In this document: piece by piece, positions 1 through 12,082 of the stretch
Position numbering within the stretch: the first letter of the stretch is position 1
Layout: each line of letters starts with the position of its first letter
NCBI RefSeq assembly: GCF_036971445.1
Contig: NC_091470.1
Coordinates: 161,634,001-161,698,000 of the forward strand
DNA: 64,000 nt
Direction of reading: 5' to 3'
DNA from: Narcine bancroftii
Lineage: Eukaryota
Notes under the pieces: generated by a model
What the model was told of the DNA's origin: nothing
What the model saw: the letters and a program-made list of their open reading frames with translations, nothing else
The model's database searches: none
Position numbers and translations under genes: made by a program

Positions 1-244
1 CGACTTGCCCTTTTGGTTCAACTTTCCTGCTGGGACATGGCCACATTGGAGTGTCCATACAAACTGTTGCCTTTCCTGATCTAACCGGTTCATGAACATG
101 GAGCTGTGAGGCAAGATTGAGAGATTGAAGAGGGAACAATAATTGATGACACTCATTGACAATACCACAATTGGCTTCAGCTCTTTGAATTTGGGTTAGT
201 AGGAGGAAGGAAAGAGGGTTGGGATGGGCACACAATCCAATAAA

Positions 245-828
245 CACTGGACAACAATCTTTTTCAAAAAGCTTAATGTAAATGGAATTTACGATAGACT
301 ACTTCAAGTAGAACTCAAAGATCATTTCAGATTTGCTATCTCAAGTAGGAAATTGGAGAAACATTAAATTAACTCGTTGAATTTAGCGTGTTGAATCGCA
401 TAATAACGCTGACACATTGCGTTACTTCAGCTGTCTTAAAAAAGTTTTGCCGCTGATTTTCGTTTGTACTCAGCATCTGATGCCTCTTGTGTCGGTGTCC
501 ATCAATAGTTTCCTGTGCCCTGATACCGCTTTCCCATGATTGAAATGTCCTGGTGAAACCTTTCACCATGTTTGTCACTGACTGCACCCAGGTCAGCAGG
601 AAAGAAGCCCAAATGTGAATGCAGAAAATGAATTTTCAATGGCACGTGGCACTTCATGGTTTTGTAGCTTGAAGTAGGCTTAAAATATAAAAAGAACTCA
701 CAAAAATAGGTTATATCTATAAAAAGGTACATGATAGGAAAATATGAAGGTGATTTTCGTGATCAGCAGCCCAAATCCATTAAAAACACCCAGAAGTGTT
801 CAGGAAGCAAAAATCTTTGTGGCCAGAG
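245..828 (-). mobile_element. Non-autonomous Chapaev3-like (CMC) DNA transposon, copy 1
   Basis: Left end CACTGGACAACAA, right end TTCAGGAAGCAAAAATCTTTGTGGCCAGAG (degenerate TIR). Minus-strand transposase C-terminal remnant KIHFLHSHLGFFPADLGAVSDKHGERFHQDISIMGKRYQG. Homologous to copies at 7.3 kb and 59.4 kb. Confidence 0.7.
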
Positions 829-1621
829 TAATTGGAGATGACACTCACTCACAGTACAATTGGCCTCAGGTCTGTGAACTTGGGCAAGTAGGAGGGAGGA
901 AACAGGGTTGGATGGGTACATTCATGAGTACGCGCGCAGATAGCTTGTCCGGTTTCCTGTATGAAGTAAAGGAAGGCAGCAAATGAGCAAATGTCCGTGT
1001 GATAATAATCAGTGGCGTGCAGGGAAAAAAGGGTCTCCTTATCTTCAGATCTCGCCTCAGACTATTCCACCAGCTGAAGCTTTCTCAGTTAATTTGAATC
1101 AAGATCTCAAGCTCGATTTTTATCCGCAATAGGGAATCGTGCATCGTGCTTTAGGCTCAGCTCAAACCTTTTGTTTTTTTTTCCACACTTCAATCCATAA
1201 ATACTAATCCTTCAAACAAAACATCAATGCTGGTCTATTTACAGCAAAGTAATTTGGTCTCAAATTGCAAATAGAACTTAAAATAAGAGTTTAAATGAAA
1301 AATAAATTGTTGCATTTTCCACCAAAAAAAGGTTTAGCATTTGATACTCCATCAATGTTACACCAGGCTTGTAACTATCTCATCATCTGTTTTGTAATAT
1401 GTGGCTGCTGGGTTGTTAAAATTTTAAACAGTGTATAAAAAAAACCATATTATATCTGAGTGCTTTCACAGCAGTCTTCATAAGAAAACCTAGTCTCTTA
1501 AGATATAATGGTTGCATAGAATTGAGTATTGTTTCTTTGTAAATTTGTTGAGTTCAATTATTCTATTTATAATCAGTGGATGGAAACTAGCCCTCAATGT
1601 GCCTCAACTTTCATATCGTAT

Positions 1622-1882
1622 GGGCAACACGGTTGGCCTATTGGTTAACGCAAAACCTTTTCAGCTTCAGTGATCGAGACCAGACCCGGGTTCGAACCCG
1701 CGCAGTCCGTAAGGAGTCTGTACTTCCTCCCCGTGTCTGCGTGGCTCTTCTCCGGGGGCTCCGGTTTCTTCTCACCCTTCAAAAATGTGCCAGGGTGTAG
1801 GTTAATGGGGTGTAATGTGGGCAGCATGGACTTAGAGGGCCGAATTGGCCTGTTATAGTGCGGTATGTCTCATTTAAAAAAA
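1622..1882 (+). mobile_element. tRNA-derived V-SINE (HE1-like)
   Basis: A box TGGCCTATTGG (1634), B box GGTTCGAACCC (1689), V-domain CTCCCCGTGTCTGCGTGG...GCTCCGGTTTC, CR1-like tail GGGCCGAATTGGCCTGT, A-rich end. Confidence 0.85.
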
Positions 1883-2654
1883 ATGTTTTAAAATCATACA
1901 TCGTGGATAGGTAATGCAGCAAACTGGCAAAACCTATTCATAAACTCTCCATCACGTGAGGTACACTTTTCAAATGCATCGCTTTATTCCACGCACTTTA
2001 ACAAACAGCCTCCATGCTCTTTGCTCTTTTAGAACATGAGCGAGTGTCTTTATTTTTTTCATTGTGATACCCATTAATAACCCAAAAGTATGACCTCCGT
2101 TTAACCCATATTTTAAGCTGGCACTAGGAAATTCATAGATCAGCATGGTCCAAAACCATTCAATACATGAAGTTTGGACTTAACATTTCTTCATTTACAA
2201 TGTGCTCTGACTTGCATTATTTTTATTATAATGCAGGCCATAGTGGCTTTCACAGAAATTGCCGGTCCTGACACCTGACAATGCTTTATCATCATGTGTC
2301 AAGGAGATGTTGAACCTCTTAACCATTGTGCCTCTCAGCAATTCAGTGCATGTAAAAATATTCAAAAGTCAGAAGCTTATTTTCACCTTATGATCCTCAT
2401 TCGCTGAGAGTAACTGTCAAGTGCGGTTTAATGTTTTTGTTTGGTGGCCGTGCTTTGTTTTTGCAAAGAAAGCAGTTGAGCGGAAGTCAGGGTAATGAAG
2501 AGGTAGGGGAAGTCCTGAGGGCATATTTTTGGGCTTCGGGAGCAAGCTGTAACAAATATTTGGTTGATGTGTTGATATGTGTTGATATGGTTCCATTTTC
2601 TCACATATGTCAGAAAAAAAAAACCTCTGTTCATCTACTGCATCTGGGTTCCAA

Positions 2655-3130
2655 GCCTATGGAAGGCAAATGTGTGAAATAGATACACCGTTAGGAGTAA
2701 AGGCAGTGCGGGGATTGGAAACAATGAGGCTGGAGGCCATAGGAAGGATGTGTCCAGAGATGATGAGGTTAGAGATGGTGTAGGAGATAGTGATTTGATG
2801 TTCTGCGGTGGGGTCCTGTTCAAGAGAGTTGTAGTCTGGCTTCAGCAAGGTAGATGTCAATGTACTAGACCACCACAGCGCCACCCGTGTCTGCAGGTTT
2901 GATAGTGAGGTTGGGATTGTTGCAGAGAGAGTGAAGGGCAAAGTGTTCAGAAGGAGGTGAGATTGGAATAAGAGAGGAGAGTGGTGAAGTTGAGACGGTT
3001 GATTTCTTGGCAGAAATTGGAAATATAAACATCCAGAGTGGGTAAATGGACAAGAGGAGGAAGAAGGCTTAAAGTGGGAGAAGGGGTCTTGGATGGGGTT
3101 TGAGTGTGGATGTGGGCACAGAGTCGAGAT
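2655..3130 (-). mobile_element. Penelope-like element fragment (N-terminal part of RT)
   Basis: Frameshifted peptides NPNLTIKPADTGGAVVV and LEQDPTAEHQITISYTISNLIISG match the PLE 'IKPADKGGAVVV' region. Confidence 0.8.
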
Positions 3131-3169
3131 AATGGATACAATAGAAATAGAAACATCTGCTGTCTCACT

Positions 3170-3575
3170 CAGATAATAAGGAGGGAAATTATTCCTGCCT
3201 GGAAGAGAGACAACATCCTTCCTGTCTGGAATCGTGAGCCAGTGGTGGAAGATAGAGAGTGTTGATCCTGGCCTGAATGGACACAGATTGTCAATCCTAT
3301 CTGGACAAGGGAAATAATGCTGATTCCACCTTAGATAAGGATAGAACACCATTTTTGTCTGGATTAGGAAGGCAGTTCTCTTCCTACCAGAATATGAAGA
3401 TTTGCTGTTCTGCTAGTGAAAGAGCATTTTCCTGCTTGGAATTGAGAAGTAATGTGGCTTAGGGTTGATAGAAAGCAACTGCTCCCACCACTCCTGCCTG
3501 GAATTAACAGAGAATGCTGGTGTTATCCAGATAAGAGAGGCAGTGCTGTTCTAGTTAAGAATAACCAGAAAGTCC
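3170..3575. repeat. Highly decayed ~30-bp minisatellite
   Basis: Recurrent CCT(G/A)(C/T)CTGGA...GAGA...GTGCTG motif at roughly 30-bp spacing. Confidence 0.4.
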
Positions 3576-3654
3576 TCATCTTCTTAATAGCTAGCAACTA
3601 GCCACACAACAATGTGGCAGGAAAATGAACAAATAAGATAAATTAAGAGCCGTG

Positions 3655-4479
3655 GCATACCAGGCTGGAGTGTTTGCTGATTGGCAGGAAGCAGAGAGTA
3701 GGAATACAGGATCATATTCTGGTTGGCTGCCAGTTGCTAGTGGTGTTCCACAGGGTTGGTGTTGGGGCCACTTCTTTTTATGTTCCTTATTAATGATTTA
3801 GATTATGGAATAAATGGCTTTGTGGCCATTTGCAGATGATAGGAAGGTAGGTGGAGGAGCAGGTAGCATGGAGGAGACAGAGAGGCTCCAGAGGACTTGG
3901 ACAGATTAAAAGAAAGGGCAGAGAATTGGCAAATGAAATACAATGTCGGAAAGTGTATGACCATGCACTTTGGCAGAAAAAAATAAATGGGCAGACTATT
4001 TTTTAAATGGGGAGAAAATTGAAAATAATCAAATGCAAGGAACCTGGGAGACCTCGTGCAGGACGACCTGAAGGGAACATGTTGAGATGGTGTTGAAGAA
4101 GGCAAAGCAATATTGGCATTAATTTCAAGAGGAATAGAATAGGTTGTGATGTTGAGGCTCTATAAGGCACTGATGAGATATCATGTGGAATATTGTGAGC
4201 AGTTTTGGGTTCCTCATTTATAAAGGATGTGCTGACGTTAGAGAAGGTTCACAAGGATGGTTCTAGGAATGAAAGGGTTATCATATGAGAAATATTTGAC
4301 ATTCCTTGGCCTCTATTCATTGGAACTTAGGAGAATGAGGGGCATGGACAGAATAGATGTAGAAAGGTTGATTCCTATGGTGGGAGAGTGTAGGACAAGA
4401 AGGTGAATCTGTAGGATTGAAGGGCATCTACTTGAACAGAGGAACATCTTCAGCCAGAGAGTGATAAATATGTAGAATC
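3655..4479 (+). mobile_element. CR1 LINE 3' fragment (degenerate RT C-terminus)
   Basis: AGTGGTGTTCCACAGGG (SGVPQG), TTTGCAGATGAT (FADD), W..W.M.YNVGKC..MHFG-type coding remnants with many indels. Confidence 0.8.
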
Positions 4480-4787
4480 TGTGATTAGTAAGGGATTGCT
4501 TAAGGTGGGATGTGAGTGGGAAGGGAAAGTTGAGAATCACTGCTCTAGACCCAAATGTTACTGAAATATTTTGGTTGAGAAAAATTGCCATTGGCCCATT
4601 TCCTTGGGAGGTATGAAACCGTGCACATAACGAGTCAATTAGGTACGATTAAAACCGTGGTTTACAAACTTTTTCTTTCCACTCACATGCCACTTTAAGC
4701 AAATCCCTTACTAATCACACAGCACCGATGGCATAGGGATTACTTAAAGTGGTATGTGAGTGGAAAGAAAAAAGGTGAGAACCACTG
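4480..4787 (-). mobile_element. Composite hAT (Charlie-type) MITE, truncated copy
   Basis: Reverse complement of the 51652 and 63189 copies; ends in GAGAACCACTG; same internal spacer. Confidence 0.85.
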
Positions 4788-5039
4788 ATTTATTTAGACA
4801 TTGCCTCACATAAATATAAGAAATACTCATTGATGTTTTATTTAACTAAAAAGGTTGTGAACAACTAAAATAAATTAACTATCTAGTTAATGGAAACAGT
4901 TAGCTAAGAGATTATTTTCAATAACTATAATTATTAATCACTACATTATTTTAGGTAACTAACCTTTTGATACACAATCATTTCCTTTGTGCACTGGTTG
5001 CAAAATGCACACATACACAGCTTCGAGAGAACAGTGCTC

Positions 5040-6668
5040 AGGACCTATTGACCTGCATCCTGGGGTTTTAAAAGAGAGTGACTGTGAAGATAATGAAAAC
5101 ACTTGTTGGGATCATCTAATATTTAATAGATTCTACATTGGCTCCAACAGATTGGAAGGAAGCAATTGTAAGCACGATTATTTTAAAATAAAGAAGGGAG
5201 ATAAAGAACAAGAATTACAGAGGTCAGTGTAGAACAATTGCTGGGATCTATTAGAAATCAAGTGGTGACGGACACGCAGAAGGCAATAAATGGTTGACAT
5301 AGATTTATGGTAAAAATTTCTTAAGTTGTAAGAAGAAGAATCAATCCAGATGAGCTTGTTAATGTGGTATATTTGGAAGCCTTTATCAAAGGTGCCACAC
5401 AACAGATTATTAACAAAGCTAGCGAGCACAGTACTGAGGTCAGTGTACTAGATACTGAAGAGGAGACTAGATAACTTCAAGTACTTGGAAAGAAACATCA
5501 CTAATGACCAAACCTGGACCAACCAGTTTAATGGTCAAGATGGCTGAGGAAGTATGGTTGGCTCCTCGATGACCAATGCACATGAGCTGAATGCATCGCC
5601 ACCAGGTACAGGAGCTGGTATGCCCAAGATCATAAGAAGGTGCAGAAGGTGGTGAAAGCCGCTCAGAACGTCATGCGAAACTCTTTCCCTTCCAACAACT
5701 CCTTTCTGCATTTTTCACTGCCTTGGAAGGGCAGTCAACATACTCAAGGACCTATCCCATCTTGGCTACACTTTCTTCTCCCTCTTCTTATTGGGGTGAA
5801 GGATCAAGAGCAAGTAATTGTGCACCAACAGATTCAACAACAGTTTCTTTCCAGCAGACCACAGGCTCCTGAATGAAGATTACACTTTGAAAGGAAAAAT
5901 GGAAGATCTGATTATTATTTAAATGGCAAGAGATTGCAGCATGCTTCCATGCCGAAGGACTTGGAAGTACTTGTGCATGAATTGCAAAAGCTTGGATTGC
6001 AGGTGCAGCGGGCTATCAAGAAGGCAAATGGAATATGGCCTTCATTGCTAGAGGGATTGAATTTAGGAGCAGGGAGGTTATGCTGCAAATGCACAATAAC
6101 TGATGAGGCCGCATCTGGAGTGCTGTGGGCACTTCTGGTCTCCTTATTTGAGGAAGAATGTATTGGCTCTGGAGGAGGTCTAGAAGAGGTTCACCAGGTT
6201 GGTTCCAGAGATGAAGGAATTCGCCAATGAGATGTGATTGAATTGTCTGTACTCACTGGAATATAGAAGAATGAGAGGGGATCTTAAAGAAACATATAAA
6301 ATTATGAAAGGTACAGATAAGATAGAGATAGGCAGGTTAATTCAATTGGTGGGGAAGGCTAGAACTAGGGGACATAGCCTCAAGATTCAGGATAATAGAT
6401 TTAGGATAGAGATGAGGAGGAATTGCTTTTCCCAAAGGGTGGGGTATCTGTAGAATTTGCTGCCCATTGAAGCAGTGGAGGGTACCTCACTAAATATGTT
6501 TAAGCCATGGTTGGATAGATTTTTACATAGTAGGGGGGGAGGGGGTTAAGGGATATGGGGAAAAGTCAGGTAGGTGGAGATGAGCCTAGCATCAGGTAAG
6601 CCATGATCATATTGAATGGCGGAGCAGGCTAAATGGCCGACTCCTGCTCCTATTTCTTCAGTTCTTGT
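5040..6668 (+). mobile_element. Fragmented CR1 LINE interrupted by a Rex/Babar fragment (about 5465-5875)
   Basis: GPIDLHPGVLKE and KPLSKVPH-type remnants, AIKKANG, YSLEYRRMRGDLKETYKIMKG, 3' UTR AATGGCCGACTCCTGCTCCTATTTC. The inner segment encodes QKVVKAAQ, similar to Rex. Confidence 0.75.
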
Positions 6669-6689
6669 GTTTTTATAAGTGTAATGTAC

Positions 6690-6930
6690 AGGTGCCCCAG
6701 AATTCCTACTTACTGCTTTGGTTTCCTTCCACAGGCCAAAGGTGGGTGTTTGGTAGGTTTATTGACCACTGTAAATTGTCCCTAGTGTGTAAGTGAGTGG
6801 CAGAATTTGGGGACAGTTGATGAAAAACTGTGGGAGGTATAAAAATGGGAATAATGTAGAATTAGTAAAAATGAGTAGTTGTTGGTTAGCATGGACTGGG
6901 TTAACTGTTTCCATGCTGTTTGTCTCTACA
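6690..6930 (+). mobile_element. Degenerate V-SINE 3' part
   Basis: GGTTTCCTTCCAC...GGTAGGTTTATTGACCACTGTAAATTGTCCCTAGTGTGTAAGTGAGTGG and CR1-like tail CTGTTTCCATGCTGT. Confidence 0.6.
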
Positions 6931-7347
6931 TCTCAGAAAAATTAACAATTTCTTCTTTGCTTCCAGAGAAGTACGAGATTCCCCATCGAAATCAGTTGGC
7001 TTTTACTGACACAGGATTCAAGAGGCAATTCCCTAGCATAATCGAGAATCAGGTGTGAGGGTCCTAGATGGGTTAGCTGAATGCAAACTTCTTCGCAGGC
7101 TACAGGTGTCTAAAACTCCAGGGTGTAGTTTTGGGATAACGGGCAAGATTGAGGAGATTGGAAGAATAATTTTTCACCCAAAGAGCAGTTGAAATGTAGG
7201 GCATACTTCCTGGGAACAGAGCCCCTCACAATTGAGAAGTATCTAGCTGATATTGTCAAGGGATAGACAGGTGAAGACTAAACACTGATTGAAATTGTTG
7301 GTCAACGTGGTCTTGATCAGCTGAGGAACCTGTCATTCTGCCATTTA

Positions 7348-8085
7348 ACTCTCACAACCAATTTTTTTCAAAAAGTTTGCTTCCTGAAAAAAAATTGGGG
7401 ATTAAGATAGACAACTTCAAAGTGAACACAAATATAATTTCAGATTTGCTGCAGGAAGTTGGAGAAACATTAAATTAACTTTGATTGAAGTTACCATGTT
7501 GATAATGATGCTGAGACATTGCATTAGTTCAACTGACCTAAAAATGTTTTGCTTCTGATTTTCATTTGTACTCAGTATCTGATGCCTTGCGTGTCAATAG
7601 TCAGTCAGCACTGACTATACTGCTATACTGATACTGCTTTTCCATGGTCGCAATGTCCCGGTGAAGCCTTTCACCATGTGCATCACTGACTGGATCAAGA
7701 TCAGCGGTCCAAGTGCAAATGCAGAACATACATTTTTAACGACATGTTGCAGTTCATGGTTTTGTAGGCTTGAAGCATGTTGTCAATCAGCTGGATGTAG
7801 TTTGGTCCTCTGCAGTCGCCAGAAAAATTCTCAACATCTTTAAATGCCTTCCATGCTATTTTCAACATTCATAGTACCTGCACTCATGTACATGCCCAGG
7901 CATTCTTGGACTGACCAAAATAGCCTGTTTTGAGGGCCACGTGCTAGTAATATGGCAGGAAATTCCAAAAATAGGTTATATCTAAAAAGCGGTTTGCAAT
8001 AGGAAAACTTTCAGGAGACTTTCATGATCAGCGACAACAAAACACACCCAAAAGTGTTCAGGAAGCAAACATTCGTTGTCCAGTT
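7348..8085 (-). mobile_element. Chapaev3-like transposon deletion derivative, copy 2
   Basis: TIR parts TTTGCTTCCTGAA and TTCAGGAAGCAAA...GTTGTCCAGT. Retains extra transposase sequence (KIAWKAFKDVENF...NYIQLIDNMLQAYKTM on the minus strand). Confidence 0.7.
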
Positions 8086-10078
8086 CAATTTCTGGGATGT
8101 ACTCAATCAATTATGCCACAAGGACACTTTTTGTCCCACGTCTATATAAAAAAGAACAGGCGCCTGCTCTATCAGGTTGACCTGTGTACTTTTGCACATT
8201 TGGTCAATGACTTTCAATAAAGAGGTGTTGATTCTTGCCACAAATTGTGTCGGCAGCTTACTTTCACTTTGCAAATCAGAGGTGGGAGAGAATGCGTCAT
8301 GTTTTGGTTTGATAGACTTGGCTGAGAGTAAATTGATGCCTTTAAAAAAAGAAATTGGAAGCACCATATGTTGCATCGTTATATTATAGCCTTTATTTTG
8401 ATAGATGGAGACAAGCTCAGGCAAGGGTGAATCAACACTTGTCTATGGAATTAGCTTGCAGTCCCTTCGTGTCCAAGGGCTGCAGAACATTACTATAATT
8501 GAATCCATTTAACCAACAAAGTAGAATAGCATAAAGCCTTTAGGTGCACTTAATGTCAGAAAAGCAAAAGAAACACAATAGACTTTGACTCAAGGGCAGT
8601 AATAGAAGAATTTGAATTAACAGATTTTCTTTTCTTTTGGTTCCTTTAAAATCTCGACTTTATCGAGTACTAGTTGACATGGAATAAAATGGGTTGGATA
8701 TCATTAATCAGTGTGGTACTGAGCCCAAATGAAAGGGAAAGGCATTGATTTTGATTTCCTATCAGGGACCAGACTGAGGAGAGAACAACTGCCAAAACTG
8801 AAGATGCCAGTATATTATGTATGAGGATAAGGTAATGTCGTCTGTGACATTGCTTTGGACATTTGCAGTCCGTTTCTGTTCTTATTTACCATAGCCTTAC
8901 TTTGCTCCTCTTGGAAGTTGTAGGTCAAGAGCTTTGGATCTTCATGACAGGCAGATTCCGACTCACAGACTTTGGATTTAAAGTTTATTTGTAGAATATG
9001 CAATTGCATGTGAAACGCTTAAATGACATACCAGGATAAAGGATTTGAGTGTTTCTAGTTAAGCTTTATCCAGGTGAACAGGTGAGTAGGAGGTAGCAAG
9101 AATTCATGGAACCATATCCTTTCTTAAGCCCGTATCTGCAGGACGTGATGGAGAATATAGAATATAAGAAAGTAGTACAAGAGCAGGTTGTTCAGTCTTT
9201 TAAATCTCCAGTGTAATTTGCCAAGATCTTTGCTGCTCAACTTCATCATAATTTACCTGCACCATTAATATTTCGATATCCCTCAACCTCTGCCTTGAGT
9301 ACGACCGGCATCGGTCGTGCCCACCCTCTCCTACCAAAGTAGAGAATTCCCGAGATTTGCGACCATTCGGGTGATGAACTGTCTCCTGATCTAAGTTTTG
9401 AATGGCCTCGGCCTTATTTTGAGACTGTGACTATGGAAAGCTCAAGACAGAAATCGCAATCTTCCACTTAAAAGTTGGCAACCCAGGCTCTCTGCTGGAG
9501 TTAAAATACTGACAATTAAGATAAAGGAGATAGATTTGCCGAAATGGTGTCACTGCAGTTGAGTTTGTAATAGTCCTGCATGAAAAATGTGATGGAATTG
9601 TAGATAACGTTTGAGGAAATAAGAAGTGGCACCCTCATAATCCTCTCAGTAACTGTTTTAGAACAAGTATTTAATCATGTTCCTTGTAGAAGGGATGAGT
9701 TTTTATTCTTTTCTGTGGCTTATCCTCTCATTCTAATGTCAATGCTGATCTCACATAAGATGCTTACTGACTGATATCCACTGGCAGTAGTAGTATGCAG
9801 GGATCCCGGTGGATCACCAAAAAGCAATGAAAAATTGAATTCACTCATGCTTTTCTGGACTGAATCTTACTGAAATGCAGCCTGTGTTGTTTTTAGTAAT
9901 TGCGCCAAGTCTCATCGAGGCATAGGATCATACTGCACAACTCTGATGCAACATATGTAAGGCTTTGGAGAGGATAGAAAAAGGATTCACTAGGATGCTG
10001 CCTGTGTTAGAGAATGTGAGCTGTAAGGAAAGGTTGAATTGTTTTCTCCGAAAGCTGAGCAGCGATCTAATCACAATA

Positions 10079-10809
10079 CGGTCATGCACAGCACAATGTC
10101 CGTTCAGGCAACGTCCGCTCGGAGAACAGGGCATAGCAGATGTCACTGGATAATATGGTGTTCGCACAATGTCCGTTCAGGCAACGTCCGCTCGGAGTAT
10201 GGGGCATAGCAGATGTAAATGGACAATATGGTGTTCGCACAATGTCCGTTCAGGCAACATGCACTCGGAGAACGGGGCATTGCAGATGTAACTGGATAAT
10301 ATGGTGTTCGCACAATGTCCGTTCAGGCAACGTCCGCTCTGAGTATGGGGCATAGCAGATGTAAATGGACAATATGGTGTTCGCACAATGTCTGTTCAGG
10401 CAACATGCACTCGGAGAACGGGGCATTGCAGATGTAACTGGATAATATGGTGTTCGCACAATGTCCGTTCAGGCAACGTCCGCTCTGAGTATGGGGCATA
10501 GCAGATGTAAATGGACAATATGGTGTTCGCACAATGTCCGTTCAGGCAACATGCACTCGGAGAACGGGGCATTGCAGATGTAACTGGATAATATGGTGTT
10601 CGCACAATGTCCGTTCAGGCAACGTCCGCTCTGAGTATGGGGCATTGCAGATGTAACTGGATAATATGGTGTTCGCACAATGTCCGTTCAGGCAACGTCC
10701 GCTCGGAGAACGGAGCATTGCAGATGTAACTGGATAATATGGTGTTCGAACAATGTCCCAATGTCCTATTTCACAGAACGTGTCATGGATATTAAGAAAT
10801 GCATGACTG
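10079..10809. mobile_element. Non-autonomous TIR DNA transposon with TA target duplication and an internal tandem array
   Basis: TA|CGGTCATGCA ... TGCATGACTG|TA: 10-bp TIR with 1 mismatch, TA at 10077-78 and 10810-11; interrupts a CR1 fragment. Confidence 0.7.
10091..10758. repeat. 73-bp tandem repeat, 9 full units plus a partial unit, alternating A/B variants (146-bp higher-order repeat)
   Basis: Units start GCACAATGTC at 10091, 10164, 10237, 10310, 10383, 10456, 10529, 10602 and 10675. Confidence 0.97.
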
Positions 10810-11099
10810 TAGATAAAATTATGACAGCCATTTATAGCAGAGTTAGAGTCCATTTTCCCCCCAGAGTTTAAATTCCAAATACTAAAGTGCATAGAGTTAT
10901 GGTGAGAAGGGGAAATATTCAATGAGAATGATAGGTGGCAAAAACACAATCTATTAATCTATTTACTTAGTAATTTTATATGTTTCGATTATATCCCTCC
11001 TCATTCTCCTAAACTCCAATGAATGTAGTCCCAGCCTACTGAATCTCTCCTCTCAAGCTAATCCATCCTTTCTGGAATCAATGTGGCAAACCTTTGTGA

Positions 11100-11440
11100 C
11101 AAACATTGAGGACCCCTTCCACCCTGCACACATCATCTTTCAGCTGCTCCCGTCGGGGAAGAGATACAGGAGGATCAGAGCTGAGCAACAGCTTCATCCC
11201 ACGGGCAGTGAGATTACTGAATGACCGAAGGAACTCCTCACACTGACCATCCGAGAGGGTCATATTCACGAAACAATATTTATTTATTTGTATGTATGGA
11301 TGAAATACTTATCCTGCATATGTATTGTTTATCTGGTTGTGTATGTCTGTCTGTATGTTTGTGTGTTTTACATTGAGGACTGAAGATCGCTGTTTTGTCG
11401 GTTGTACTTGTACAATCAGATGACAATAAATTTGCCTTGA
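11100..11440 (+). mobile_element. Rex/Babar-type LINE 3' end
   Basis: IEDPFHPAHIIFQLLPSG-R.YR-type remnant; 3' tail GATGACAATAAATTTGCCTTGA. Confidence 0.7.
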
Positions 11441-11609
11441 ATATCTCTTACACCAGGTTCAAAGACAATACAGGCATACCCTGTAAAACACCGCTTTGAA
11501 CAGCACAGGTTTTAATTTAGCGCATTTTGAAATTTCTGACCCACAATTTTAAATTTGCCACGTCAGGGTTTTCTTGTTATTGCTGTTTAAGCCACCTCAT
11601 AATACTTTT

Positions 11610-11789
11610 CACCACAGAGAAAGACTGTACAACAGGCTTTATTCAGTTAAAAGTGACTGCCTCAGGAGGAGCAGGCTCAGGATTATACCCCGGGCGGTTG
11701 ATTGACAGCCGGCCGGGTGGAGTTAGGTCTATTCAGGTCGGCTGATTGACAGGTACGGAGATCGCCCCCACAACTTTTGTATCACCACA
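11610..11789 (-). mobile_element. Solo LTR fragment related to the 25082 and 38709 LTRs
   Basis: Shared TGTACAACAGGCTTTA, GATTGACAGCCGGCC and terminal TATCACCACA. Confidence 0.6.
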
Positions 11790-12082
11790 ACTTGGCAAAA
11801 CTCTAGTTTAAAATATTTGACATATAGATACTAAGGTGTGGAATAGAGAGAGTTAAATGGGTCTGTTGAAAGTTATTGCAGTCCCCACTGTGATCAGGCT
11901 CCCTGCACTATCCTGCGGTGGTACCGATCTAACTGACGCAAATCTACATTAGACAAATATTTTCTTAAATTAACAATTTCACATTGCCAATATAGATCTA
12001 TGCCAAATAAAGATCAATTTTATATATCCTTTTTATTGGATTGGAATGTATTAAATTAAAGTGCATGGTAATAATGTGTTGA

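Larger units (their letters stand above)
9945..10950 (+). mobile_element. Old CR1 3' fragment split by the TIR element at 10079-10809
   Basis: LERIEKGFTRMLP before the insert and ATAAAATTATGA... after it; the two halves are collinear with the CR1 C-terminus. Confidence 0.65.

Noticed and set aside
1622-1700. tRNA gene
   Set aside because: A and B boxes are present but continue into a V-domain and LINE tail; it is a SINE head with at least five relatives in the window.
2657-3352. 231-aa ORF as a host gene
   Set aside because: Chimeric read-through of decayed minisatellite and frameshifted Penelope sequence.
10091-10758. CRISPR array or tandem tRNA genes (73-bp period)
   Set aside because: No unique spacers (the whole unit repeats), no cas genes, eukaryotic context; no cloverleaf or properly spaced A/B boxes.
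9928-10949. Family of Cys/His-rich 69-aa ORFs (MRTPY...)
   Set aside because: Translation artefacts of the 73-bp repeat cycling through frames.
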